64,000 bases of DNA, taken from positions 1 through 64,000 of the forward strand of contig NOWV01000137.1 in NCBI GenBank assembly GCA_003344405.1, read 5' to 3'. The translations under genes and the position numbers were made by a program. This document shows, in pieces, positions 37,917-50,424 of the stretch (positions are counted from its first letter, which is position 1; the number at the start of each line of letters is the position of its first letter). This stretch comes from Trichoplax sp. H2. Taxonomy: Eukaryota. Below the pieces are notes generated by a model. It searched no databases. It was not told the DNA's origin and saw nothing but the letters and a program-made list of their open reading frames with translations.

Positions 37917-40900
37917 ATGGCTATTTTACGTCTTTTATTCATATTTTCCATATGTACTCTTGTGGTAAAAGCCCAGATGATGTCAGATGAATCTGACGTT
38001 TATTCGATGTCCAATTTTGAATTTATCACCTCAGGTTATGATGATGGATCTCAGCAACTATCAACTGCAATTCAAATGTTATCGATACAGTCAATAAGTT
38101 CTGCATCTGTTACTACATTTGTTTATACCAATAACCTGCGTAGCTCTCAACAATTCGCTCCATCATCGATAAGCGTGCCACCTAGTGATGTCGGTTCTTT
38201 GACAAGCAGTGTATCTACTTATGATTTGACTGCCAGTCAATCGGTCGTTCCTACTTCAACTACTGGCAGCAATACTAGTGCTACAGCTGGTACTTCAGTT
38301 AGTGCCCCATTTAGTGCTTCCATTAGTGCTTCAGTCGGCCCTTCAGCTAGTGTTACACGTAGTGCTAGTGCTAGCGCAGGTTCAAGTACTATTGCTAATC
38401 CTACTGCTAGTTCTAGTATTAGTGCTAGCCCTACTGCTAGTTCTAGTATTAGTGTTAGCCCTACTGCTAGTTCAAGAACTATTGCTAATCCTACTGCTAG
38501 TTCTAGTATTAGTGCTAGCCCTACTGCTAGTCGAGCGATTGATTACACGCCAACAAGTAGTTTCGACGACTCGGGTGAAAGTGATGCTGAAACAATTATC
38601 ATCATTAATCCAACAACGGCTACCAGTTCCAAGTCTGCAAGTCCCTCTGCGGCAACAAGCGTAGCTGTATCAGCTTCAGCTTCTAAATCATCGACGGCAG
38701 CAAGCTCAATGGTAGCTCAGCCAAGCAGTACATCTACTCCATTTTCTAGCTCAGTGGCTCCTACACCAACACCAACAACTCTTGCTCCAACGCCACCATC
38801 AGCATCACCATCAACTCCAACTCCAACTCCCACCCCAGGTAAGCATATTTTGGTAGGTTTTAGTAATACATTAAGTTACGGCAAAATATGATCAACGTCA
38901 TGTATAATTATTATTATTTTCAGACGTAAATCATACAATATACAGTTTCATTCCCTCCTATCTTTAGACAATATAGTTACTGTATTGCTCATGTATAATT
39001 TATTAGTTAAAGACACATGAAATTCGTAATTATTGCTGTATTAAAACAGAGATAATTTATAATGCGGTAATTTCGGTACGGTACCATAATCTTCTAAATT
39101 TAATCAGCTTAGTTAACGGGATCCCATCACTTTTTATCCACCATAATGGACGCACTAATTTCTCATAAATAATATTAAAGTCATTACTGGCTTCCCCGTA
39201 GTAATGAATAAGTTTAACTTATTTAAAATTCGACGCATCAGTTTACCGCTCGTATAAATAGTATTTTGATTAATTATTATGGAATTTGATGAATTTTCTT
39301 TTAATGAAAATTAAAGATGCGACCACTTGCCGCTAGGGAAAGTTACTAATTTAAAGATTTTACATGTACCCTCCTAAGAATATTACAACTGATATTGAAT
39401 TTATCTTATTTAGACTCTGGTTCATTGCGCCCATTCAGTACCAAAAATATGGTGCCGCTAGGTTATGCTTGTCAGCCGATGACAGTTCCTCAGACAGTTG
39501 GTCTACCATTCTATGGCAACCTCTATTATACCGCATACGTAAGTATCCAAAACGATCTGAGCATGCATGAAACAACGAAACTGGCTAAAATCTTTTACCA
39601 TTATAGAGTTAATGATAGTCCTATAAAATCCATGACAAAATACTGTAACGTATATACTCCAGCAGTCGCTTTACTTTTTCCGAAATACGAATACCGTTAT
39701 ACAGTATAAACGTGTTGCAGTCTTTATCTTACTAGTCTCCACCAATGAATAATTATCTACATGACATCTATCGCCGTCGGGTAATTAACTCTGACTTTCA
39801 TATCCATATGTTATAGTTATTAAGGCCAAGTGAAGATTTTTAGTAATAACCTCTTCGAATTGCTTTGTTTCTAACAGCTTTCATGAATTATTCATGCTTT
39901 CGTAGTTCATAGTATCTATCTACAAATATACGTGAATGCATATCCTAGACAATTGCATGATCTATTTTTAAGAAGTGTTTAAGAATATTATGACTAATTT
40001 CTTATTATTTTATTTATCTCAACAATATTTACAATATCTTTAATAACAAATTTCGTTTTATGTAAAATAAATAAAATCATATTCTTCCTTCCGTTTCATT
40101 TTGCACTTTAGATTTGTGGAAATGGCATGATTACCTTTAGTACAAATAGTTGGATCAATTACAGATTTCCTAAACCATTTGGAAGTCCTGGATCGCTAAG
40201 ATCTTTATCCGTTGCCGCCCCATTTTGGTCGTTAGTTTCCTTACAACAGCCAGTTAATTCTGGTACTTTCTACGAGCCGCTATCTGATAGCTTACTCGCA
40301 ACATATAGTAACGATGTTCGAACGGCTCTTAATATTCAACAATTCGCCGCAACTTGGGGCTTCCAAGTTACTTGGTATAGATTGATTGCAAATGAAACCG
40401 CTTTAACTTCTCCGGTGAGTACTGCATACTGTATAATATTAAATTGTAGCAATGTTTGCATGATATTTTTGTCATTCTCGGAAGAATTTTTCTCACGAGA
40501 CATCATTCTTGAAAGTATTGACAGGATCGCATAAATTTATAGTTACTAGACTTGATCTATGTATATAAATTACAGTGTCAATGACTGAAATATTTTGGCA
40601 TATAAATATTAGTATGCTATGAATTGATTAATCGTATTTTAATATACCATACCTGTGCTGTTCAGACCAATACCTTCCAATGTCAATTAATAACGGATGG
40701 TACCAACAGTTATGTGCTCTATCGCTATCCTAAGAACAGCCTGCAATGGTCATTGCCACAGGAAAATACCTATTTAAATAGCTTAGGTATTGGATCTCCT
40801 GTCGCTGGATATAACAATGGTCCCAGCTTTTTCAATATTAGGCAGTCAGCTACCGGCGGCATCAATACAGTTGTGACTGGTATTGGCAACACTGGAAAGC

Positions 40901-43900
40901 GCGGATTTTGGATATACAGGTAATTATACTATTTGCAATCCATCTAGTGGTTAATATGTACGATTTCCGATTCTCTCACACTTTACAATTCGTTACAAAA
41001 CGTTTAGCCTATCAAGTAATGTAGAAAGACCTCCAGAAGGATCATGCAGAAATTTCCTCACGCAACCTGCTCCAACTTCATTGCAAGCCATTTCCAGATG
41101 CCCATGCTCACTTGGTCAAGCCATTTTGGATCGTCGATTTATATTTGATAGTGCTAATTCTGCTACTCAGTTGTGTTACTATTCACGCTATATTGTCAAC
41201 AACTTTGTTCAGAAATGTTGCTATCAGAACTTCTCTCCTGGTTTTGGATCATATCTTAGTGGAATCTCTAGCCCTGGTGCTGGCTATATCGTAGGTTATA
41301 CTAATAATGCATATGACAATACTGGATATGGTTTCTGTTGCCATCCAGCAACACCACAATCTTTATGTGTAACCTTCTACAATAATTATCCAAGTCGAGA
41401 ATGTCAGATTTCACCACGCTTAAGTAAGTTACGTTAGTTATTATACTGAGGATGGAAATATTTGTATCAGACTTCATATTATGCATCTTAAATTGGAGAT
41501 TGATTCTAATTTTATTTTATAATATTTCCATTTACGATTAGCTTGGAGTTTTGGAGACCCTCATTTCACTACGTTGGATGGTGTTCGGTACACATTTAAT
41601 GGCCTTGGCGATTTTGTTCTATTGCAAAATAGAACAGCAGTTGTACCCGCCCTTGAAGTTCAGGCACGATGCGTAAAAGTAGCCCCAAATGCTGGTGCAA
41701 CAGCATTCCGAGCCGTTGGTGCATCTGAAGGCAATAGCGGAAGCATAGAATTTAACGTTAATACTGCAACAAATACTATCGATATTTTATACAACAAGCA
41801 GACTGTTGTTATTGGCAGTTCGGGCTCAACGACTTACCAAAGTGGCTTAATTGTTAACAAACTCAATACTACTTACGCTATCGCCCAATTTCCATCAGGT
41901 TAGGCTAAAATTAAAATAATTAAGACTGCAACTGATTAAATTTTAAATTGTTGTTGTTTTTGGATATTAAAAACTGGATTTTTTCCTCATATGAATACTT
42001 AAGGTACCGTTGTCATCGCTAAAGTCCGAAATGATTCCTTTATGGATATAAGCATGCAATTATCTGTTAATTACTTCGATCAAACGCAAGGCTTGCTAGG
42101 TCGATGGGACAACAATGCGAATAACGATTTCACTGATCAAAGAACTGGAGTGAGCTTCCTAATCTCTGCTGTTTCAGAATCACAAATTCACAACATAGCA
42201 GAAACATGTAAGATCAAGAATCATAATTTTTAGTATAAATACGCAAATAATACTACGACTGTCTGTCGTTAGCTTATTATTATACTAATTTTTCTATCTA
42301 TTTACTGAAGTTATATGCTAAATGATTGTCGTCCGCGTATGCTAATATCTTATGAGTAACATAAACAGAGTTTGCATGAAAAAATCGTACATCATGAAAT
42401 GATCGTTGTTGAAATAAAGCAACCAGGCTCTGTAATAAAGTGACTAAAACGTTCTATTTTTAATTTTAAATTAAAGGGGCCGTGGATCCGCTGAAACGAC
42501 TAATAGCAAATGATCCACCTTCGAACTCATCTTATGTACCGATCTTTCCCGCAAATATCACATTCAGCTCACAACAGTTGGAAAATGATGCTGCATCAGT
42601 ATGTCAAGGAAATCAAGCTTGTTTATACGACGTTGCGTTAACTGATTCATTAAGTATTGGTTCAGCATCTGCAGCAGTGGATCAACAAAATACTGTCGAT
42701 AAGCAATCCTTAGGTAAGTTGTTGAACGTAAGTTATAATTAAAAAGTTATATGGGATCGTTGATTTAGCGAACTAATAAATCATGGAAAGTTAACCGATG
42801 TCATATCGCTAACCAAAAATCTACTGGTAATAAATGTGGAAATATTCAATGTAATCGAACCAATTATTTCTCTAAAGATCACAGACCTCCGCAGATTGTT
42901 ACACCGAAATCAACAATCAATGCTACTATTGGGGAAAAAATTGTTTTTCAAGTATCCGCTGATAGCGCCCAACAGTATACAATGACTTATACTATTAGCG
43001 GCAAATTACCTGCAGATTATTCTTTTCCTAATGGCAGCGCCGATGGTACTTTTGTATGGAATGTTACTTCAGCTGATCCTATTTCGATCACTTTTGTTGC
43101 AACTGATTCACAAGGTAGATCAAGTGCAATCACACCCAAGATTAGCATTTGCAACTGTTCGAGTAATGGCCAATGTATGTGGAATGCTGCCATTGGCTCT
43201 ACATTTGCATTGGTCCCGTGCACTTGCAACGCTGGATATACTGGTTTACAATGTGAAAGTGATATCAATGCTTGCGCATTAAATGGAGAAGCATGCTTCC
43301 CAGGAGTTACCTGTACTGATCAACCAGCTCCAGCGGGTATCGATGGTTTTACATGCGGATCATGCCCTAGTGGTACAGCCGGTGATGGAAAAGTCTGCTC
43401 AGGTATGTTTTTCTTTTATGTTATTACTAATAAATTAAAATAGATATCTAATAAGATTTGAAATAATCGATTTAGATATACAGGAGTGCAGCGGATCTAC
43501 ACATGGTTGCAATCAAGTCTGTGTTGAAATTTTTGGTTCCTATAGATGTCAGTGCAATCCTGGGTACCGATTATCAAATGACTCAAAAACATGCACTGGT
43601 GAGTCGAATTCTATAAGAAATAGAATAAAATAAGAAAGAAAGTAAATTGAGTAATAGATTTTTTGGATTTCAGATATTAATGAATGTTTGGAACAAAATG
43701 CTTGTAGTCAGCGGTGTGTCAACACAGCTGGAAGTTATACCTGCGGTTGCAGATCTGGATTTACTCTACTACAAGATGGCCGAACTTGTGCCAGTAAGTT
43801 ATCGCAATACTAGTACTCTACTGAAAAAGTTTACATTTCTGGTCAAAACAATGCCTTTACTCTTGTGTTTATCGTTTTATAGGCTATCGATATATAATTG

Positions 43901-45908
43901 TAATTATTACTCTTTTCCACAGGCAATAACCCCTGTCAAACCAATAACATTTGCGGCATTCATGCATGTAGCATTATTAATGGACAAGAAGTCTGTGAGT
44001 GTAATAATGGTTATGCTCTTAACTCTGCCAAAGAATGTGCTGGTAAGATAGCGTCATAACTCACTATATATGTACAGTATATGATTTCTTGATCAATTGA
44101 TTAACGTTCCAACACTAACGCTATCAATCGATTCAATTCATAGATATAAACGAATGCGCTACCAACAACGGAAATTGTCAGCAAGTCTGTATTAATACTA
44201 TAGGTAGCTATCAATGCAGTTGCAATTCTGGCCAGGAATTGAGACCTGATGGCAAATCATGCGTTGGTAAATCTATTTTCCTTAAAGTTAATCATTTGCA
44301 ATATCCTTTTTTATCACTTTGTAATGATATTTGGTTGCTAATCGAACGCTATTGATGTCCTTAAATAAAAAAATAAAAGTTTCTGACGATTAAATGCGTT
44401 TCCTTTTTAGATCTTAATGAATGTAATTTGCATACCCATGACTGCGATTCAACTCAGTTATGTCAAAATACTCCTACATACTATTATTGTATTTGCAGAC
44501 CTGGATTTACTTTTATCAACGGCAGATGCCAAATTGGTAGGTTACACAGTCAAATATATACCTTGATTTTTACTTCATAAGTTGCTGTAAGTTGCTCAAT
44601 TACGTCAATGATAAGTTAATTTATTAATCAAATGGGATAGTGTGTTGTATCGAAAGATTTGCTGTACGTAAAACTGTTTGATTGCTAGAAAAATCTCTCG
44701 ATCTAATGTTAATAAATTTGTACTTTTGCAGCTCCACAGAATTATAAACCTCCAGTAACACCGATACCCGGCGTTTTGCAAAATATGAGTTCCGTTCAGG
44801 CGACTTTCCGATACAGTGCTGCTCCATCTGTGAGTATTGCATTCTATTTTATTCGTATAATTCAGTTAAATAATTTCATTCATTATATCATATGTTTCTA
44901 TTAGATTAAATTATAAATTTCTAATTTAAATATAACATATTTCATTCCTTACTTAAATTATCCTGTTTAGTGGAGCCTCGATACTAGGACTCGCTTTAGA
45001 GCTGCAGTAGCTGCTGTTGCAACACGCTATTGTCAGGCGAATCTGCAGATATGTAACCTAACATCAAGGTTAATAAAACTGAAGAGCTAATTTCTTTTCG
45101 AACCTTATTACTTGATCATACAAGATACAAATCAAAATATGTTTCATTTTTATTCATAGTGTCAAATTCCAGCAAAATAATGTACAATTTCTGACTGGTT
45201 TCCCTGTAGCTATGGGGTATGCTATTTTAAACTGTCTTAAGAAAGCAATTCATTCAATGATACAATTATAAATACTAACATGATGTAAAGATAATTAATC
45301 ATCTTTTTTATATACTATTAATTTATAGTAATAATGAAGTGGCTGCTTTCTATGTGAATATGCCTAATTCACAGAATACTTTACCTCGTCCGGCTCTCCT
45401 TTACGTTGTTGAGGCTAACAATCGGCATTTACCTGCTGCCGTTGGTGCTGATGCTCTTATTGCTGTCAGTACATTTATACCAACGCCAACTCCACCAACA
45501 CCCAGACCAACTACTCGGCCTACAACACCAACAATGTCCGCCACCACGCAACCTACATCAAGACCTACAATAAAAGCAACATCGCAAGCTACAACACCAC
45601 CAGTTACGTTAGCAACACCTCAAAATAATGACGCACTCATCATTGGATTAACAATTGGATGTGGTAGCGGTTTCATTCTGATTCTTTTTGCCGTTGTGGG
45701 GTAAGATAGTCTAAAAATTGGATAAAGATGTGGATGAAAATTGTCTAGTTGATTAAATTGCCTATTAGATTGGATTTGAAAAATTTGATAATATAATTGA
45801 TGAAATTTCTTTTCTTTTATTACCAGTTTCTGCTGTCGAAATACCAAAAATAAGCCGAAGCTCTACGAGGAAAGAGAACATGAACTCAAAAAGCTTAATA
45901 ATTTTTAA
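37917..45908 (+). CDS. MUC4/SUSD2-like transmembrane mucin, copy A: signal, S/T/P region, NIDO, AMOP, VWD, Ig-like, several EGF/cbEGF, SEA-like, PT stalk, TM, short tail
   Basis: [37 protein letters not shown] (NIDO); [14 protein letters not shown] and CCY (AMOP); [22 protein letters not shown] and GLLGRWDNN (VWD); DINEC EGF exons; [27 protein letters not shown]. Stop TAA at 45906-45908. Confidence 0.9.
38381..38530 (+). repeat. Coding 30-bp tandem repeat x5 (mucin VNTR)
   Basis: Units end in cctactgctag every 30 bp and encode [10 protein letters not shown] / [10 protein letters not shown] variants. Confidence 0.92.
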
Positions 45909-47104
45909 TATCATAGAAGGAAAATTATTCTGGTAGAGAAAGTAAATAGTAATAGCCTACTAGTGTAGTTTATTAGATGATATGCTTTAAAAAATATGAT
46001 ATATCTAATTTCATAGTATTTTTAACCGTACCATTAGCAATCACTATAATTTTTATTAAATCATGTGGATATTGCGAAAACTGTTGGTATTAAGGATGCC
46101 TATATTAATTATAGGAGCTTTTACTAATGTCTTAAAATATCCTTAATTCTATAATCACAGTGTCTTCTAGATTTTGAGAATTTTTATAGTTCGGAAATTA
46201 TTCATATTTTCGTTCATCATTTCTCTTATTAGTAACAATGTTAGATATAGTATTGCTAAATTTAATATCGAGAAAGATGTTCGTCACATCAGAAATACTA
46301 GAAAGATTTTAAAACACATGATTTCTAGCATCTATCTATTTTTTTTTTTCTGTACGATTAGCTCTCAAATGCTTGTCTATGCAAGCACTTACTGCATTTA
46401 ATTTGAATAACAATTTATTACGTGAAGCATTATCTCAGATAAGCTTACACGATTGTTATTATGTTCTTATTTGTAATATTCAACCAAGATAGACGGGTAT
46501 GTCCAGTTTAACTATACTTATATGGTTCATATGTCTGTCTGTAATTCGGAATTTTTTCCTATGCAATGCTAAATGAGTGACGAATTATCGAGGATAAACG
46601 TACACCTGCATTGTTTAACAATATTTTGTGTTCGCCTACGACTTTGATTCTAAATATGTTATTTTTACATTGATTTCAAATAAAAATTACGGTTTTATAA
46701 AGTACTGTTGATCCATTACAACAAAATATAAAATTTCTGATCTTTTTGAATTGATTAACGGTTATAATTCTAACGTAATTTAGAAAATATTTTAATCATG
46801 GATCAGAGCATAGCAATAAAATGTTGTAATTGTACAGTGTGACAAGAATGCATAGCTACATGTTACCTATTCGTGTATATTAATTAAACCCCAGCCTATT
46901 AGCAAGGCAGGAAACGTAAACCTTACTGATGTAGCCTAAATGCAGAGTTGAATCGAATTACAGTACATACAGCTGTATTGCTTTACATTTAATGCGAATC
47001 AAAGTTTGCAATGAAGAACACTTAACATTACCACTAGTAAATTAAACTCTATGAGCCTACTGTCATGTCTGTCTTCTCCGACATTAAACTGTTAAACCAT
47101 ATTT

Positions 47105-47570
47105 ATATAACTCCCTAAATATTGACGACCTTCATCGTGCTACTACTTCTCATTGATACGCTGTTTCAATCCCAACATAAACATCAGTATGTATACGGAC
47201 GTAGCTTCACGTAATTATGTAAGTAAAAGTAAAAATTACTGCACTATGATAAAAGGTGTCGTTATTTTTCTGTTGTAGATGATAATTCTACAGAGTCCTA
47301 CAGAACAGGACTCATAATAAAGAAGTTAATACCTATACAATCACAATTATATAACCCTAAACATTGACGACCTTTATTATATTACTACTTTGTAATGATA
47401 TATTCTATCAAAGGTACATAAAAACTAGTATCTATAAGAATGTGCCTTTACGCAATTATGTAAGTAAAAGTAAAAATTACTGTACTAAGAACAGATAAAT
47501 CGTCATTGATCTGTTGTAGGCGATAATTCTATGGGGTTCTGCAGTGCAGGACTCAAGATAAAGCAGTTTA
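47105..47570. repeat. Tandem duplication, ~240-bp unit x2
   Basis: Shared blocks ccctaaa-attgacgacctt, aattatgtaagtaaaagtaaaaattactg, tctgttgtag and caggactca. Confidence 0.85.
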
Positions 47571-48202
47571 CCATGTGAAGGTGTTGAAGTTTACGGTACT
47601 TATTCTTAAGATTTACTCACTATAATACTAAAGTAAATCTGCCTATATTTTTAATAATTGCAGGTAGATTTACTTTATTTATTTATCTACTACTGTTTGT
47701 ATTATCGCGATATTTAGTCTACGTAGATAGATATGTTATAGACAAAGTACGAAAATCAGGTATTGTAGATCTTTCCTGAGTATTTCATGCTCAACTTTAC
47801 AATGTTAGGCAATGCAATCTAATTTCAGATTAAGTAATGCTCTACCTAGGAAAAGTTAACAACTTATTCCTTTACCTACAATAAGTATTCTGTGTCTAGT
47901 TTGAAATTGATAGTCTAATGTACCATATGATCTACTCGCATATTTACTTTTTATGCATACTGTACTACTAGTACTAAGAATGGCTAGTTTACAGTGCTAC
48001 TACTCCAACTCTCTATAGCGCTACATTAGAATAACTCTTGTACGATACGTATACGCCATATTGCAATTATGCCTACTACGCTCGACGATATCATCTATAT
48101 CTAGACGTACGCATACATCAATAAAGACATATATATTTGACCCTACAGGAAAGCACTATGGATAGTTATGCGATTTTAGCATTGCATAGTGACCTCTATA
48201 AT

Positions 48203-48417
48203 GTACTCGGCAATGAGCTAGCCGGGAATGCAAGCGGTTGAAGACTTGAAGTACATCTTGAAGAACTAAGTATTATAAAAATAGTCTTGCTCTAATTTAA
48301 GAAGTACTGGCAAGTACTCGGCAATGAGCTACCAGGGGATGCAAGCGGTTGAAGTACATCTTGAAGAACTAAGTATTATAAAAATAGTCTTACTCTAATT
48401 TAAGAAGTACTGGCAAG
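48203..48417. repeat. Recent tandem duplication, ~105-110-bp unit x2
   Basis: gtactcggcaatgagcta...gaagaactaagtattataaaaatagtctt...gaagtactggcaa is repeated nearly identically. Confidence 0.92.
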
Positions 48418-48942
48418 CATGAGCACGGTACAAGTTGGTTAGCTACGGTATAAATAACCTTAATTACACGAGGTATCTTTAATTAATATACAGTAAATCA
48501 TTTTACAGTGCGATTAGACGTACGCAAACACTAATGTAGATATGTATAATTGTATGACATTGTTATATATAACTAAAGGTACTGAAGGTATACAGTATAT
48601 TAGCAGTTAGAACTAGGATTTCTATCATTCTACTGTATACTGTAAATGGATCTAAAAATACACCTATACTGTACTTTTACATGTACAGTATCTGTTATAT
48701 ATGCGAGCTAGTAATAACGTAAGAAGGAAGAAAAAATACAAGTTAGAAGATATACGGTACGCAAAGTATAACGAGCGTAAGTAGTAGGTACTAGTAATTG
48801 TATAACTAGCGTTACTGACATGAACAATGTATCAGTGATTGTTAGATTACAGTCAATGGTCTACTTTACACTAAAATCTATCTACGCCTACAGAAATATT
48901 GAGGAGTAGAAGGAGTTGATCAATTTATTAAATTTTTCAGAA

Positions 48943-50424
48943 ATGTCCGTCGTATCACAGTTAGTAGCATTAGTAACTGGTGGCGCTTCTGGTCTAGGTC
49001 GAGCCACCGCTCAGCGTTTGGTTAGGCAAGGAGCCAGAGTGGTCATTATGGATTTGCCGAACAGCCATGGTGCAGCTACCGCTGAAGAAATTGGTAGCAA
49101 TTGCTGCTTTGCTCCCACTGATGTAAGGCTTCTCACACTATGCATACAGCTATGAATTGATCGTAATTCACATTACAAGAAAATTGCTTTACGTGATTAT
49201 TTTGATGCTTTTAAACTCGTAATAATCCATTTATTGCTGAAATACTAGCATCAAATTGGCATGATTCTTTTCAGGCTTAATCTCAGATGTATTAGTTATT
49301 GTGCTATCACTATAACTCTTGTGTGGAATAACATTAAACTACCTTGGTACAATCTCTCTATGGCATTATAATATAATCTACAGTATTTAAGATAAAGCCG
49401 ATAATGCACTTACAGCGGTATGATTGTTGACATGAATTTGTGCCAACAAGGTAACTAAGGAAAAGGACGTGATGAATGCAATCCAATTAGCTCGAGAGAA
49501 ATTCGATCGAATTCGTCTTGTGGTCAATTGTGCCGGTATTGCACTTGCTCGAAAAACTGTCAATAAAGATGGCCCACATACATTAGAAGACTTTAATAAA
49601 GTGATGATGGTGAGTTATCGAAGTAACGCATTAAGACACATACATTACTAGCAAGTAGTTAATAGAATAATTAGTCTTTAAGAGGCATTTGCTTGTACAT
49701 AAGGATTATGAAGTGGGATGGTTCGATTAATGCGTGCATATACAGTAGATAATAAAATAAGTCAATTTGTTATTGACTTCATTGCAGGTAAACACTGTGG
49801 GAACCTTCAATGTTATACGACTATGTGCTGATGATATGGTCAAAGACGAATTACCTCCGGGAGCTGGCAGTAATCCTGATGAACGTGGCCTTATCATTAA
49901 CGTAGCTAGCGTTCTCGGACTTGATGGCCAACCGGGTATGACAGCTTACTCGGCTTCAAAAGCTGCAGTAGCAAGTATGACATTACCTATTGCAAGAGAT
50001 TTGTCGCGCAATGGTATACGTGTATGTACTATTGCTCCTGGTTAGTAATATCAATAAGTTAGCAAGTTTTTTAGATTAGAAATTATTTTCTAATTGATCG
50101 AAACATCGTAGAGTAATGTACATCGCAAATTAATTATGCTCATGCTTTCGTATGGTACATGTAATAATATGATATCATGATTATACTTACTAGTACGTAT
50201 TAATAGAAAAGTGATGTCTGGTGCTTTTGCTAGGTGCTTTTCTTACTCCAATGCTAACAAACAACACGCCTAAAGAAATCTTAGATTGGTACACCAAGTT
50301 GATTCCTTATCCAAAACGATTTGGAGACCCTGACGAATTTGCTCAACTTGTCGAAGCAGTCGTCGAAAATCCTATGCTGAATGGCTCTGTTGTTCGACTA
50401 GATGGTGCACTACGAGTAACATAG
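48943..50424 (+). CDS. HSD17B10: 3-hydroxyacyl-CoA dehydrogenase type 2 / 17-beta-HSD10 (SDR), 4 exons
   Basis: [79 protein letters not shown] and [16 protein letters not shown]. Confidence 0.95.

Noticed and set aside
38278-38664. 128-aa Leu/Val-rich ORF resembling a membrane protein
   Set aside because: Alternate frame of the Ser/Ala/Thr mucin repeat.
47105-48417. Direct repeats considered as CRISPR arrays or LTRs
   Set aside because: Adjacent two-copy duplications with no spacers, internal ORF or TG...CA ends; eukaryotic context.
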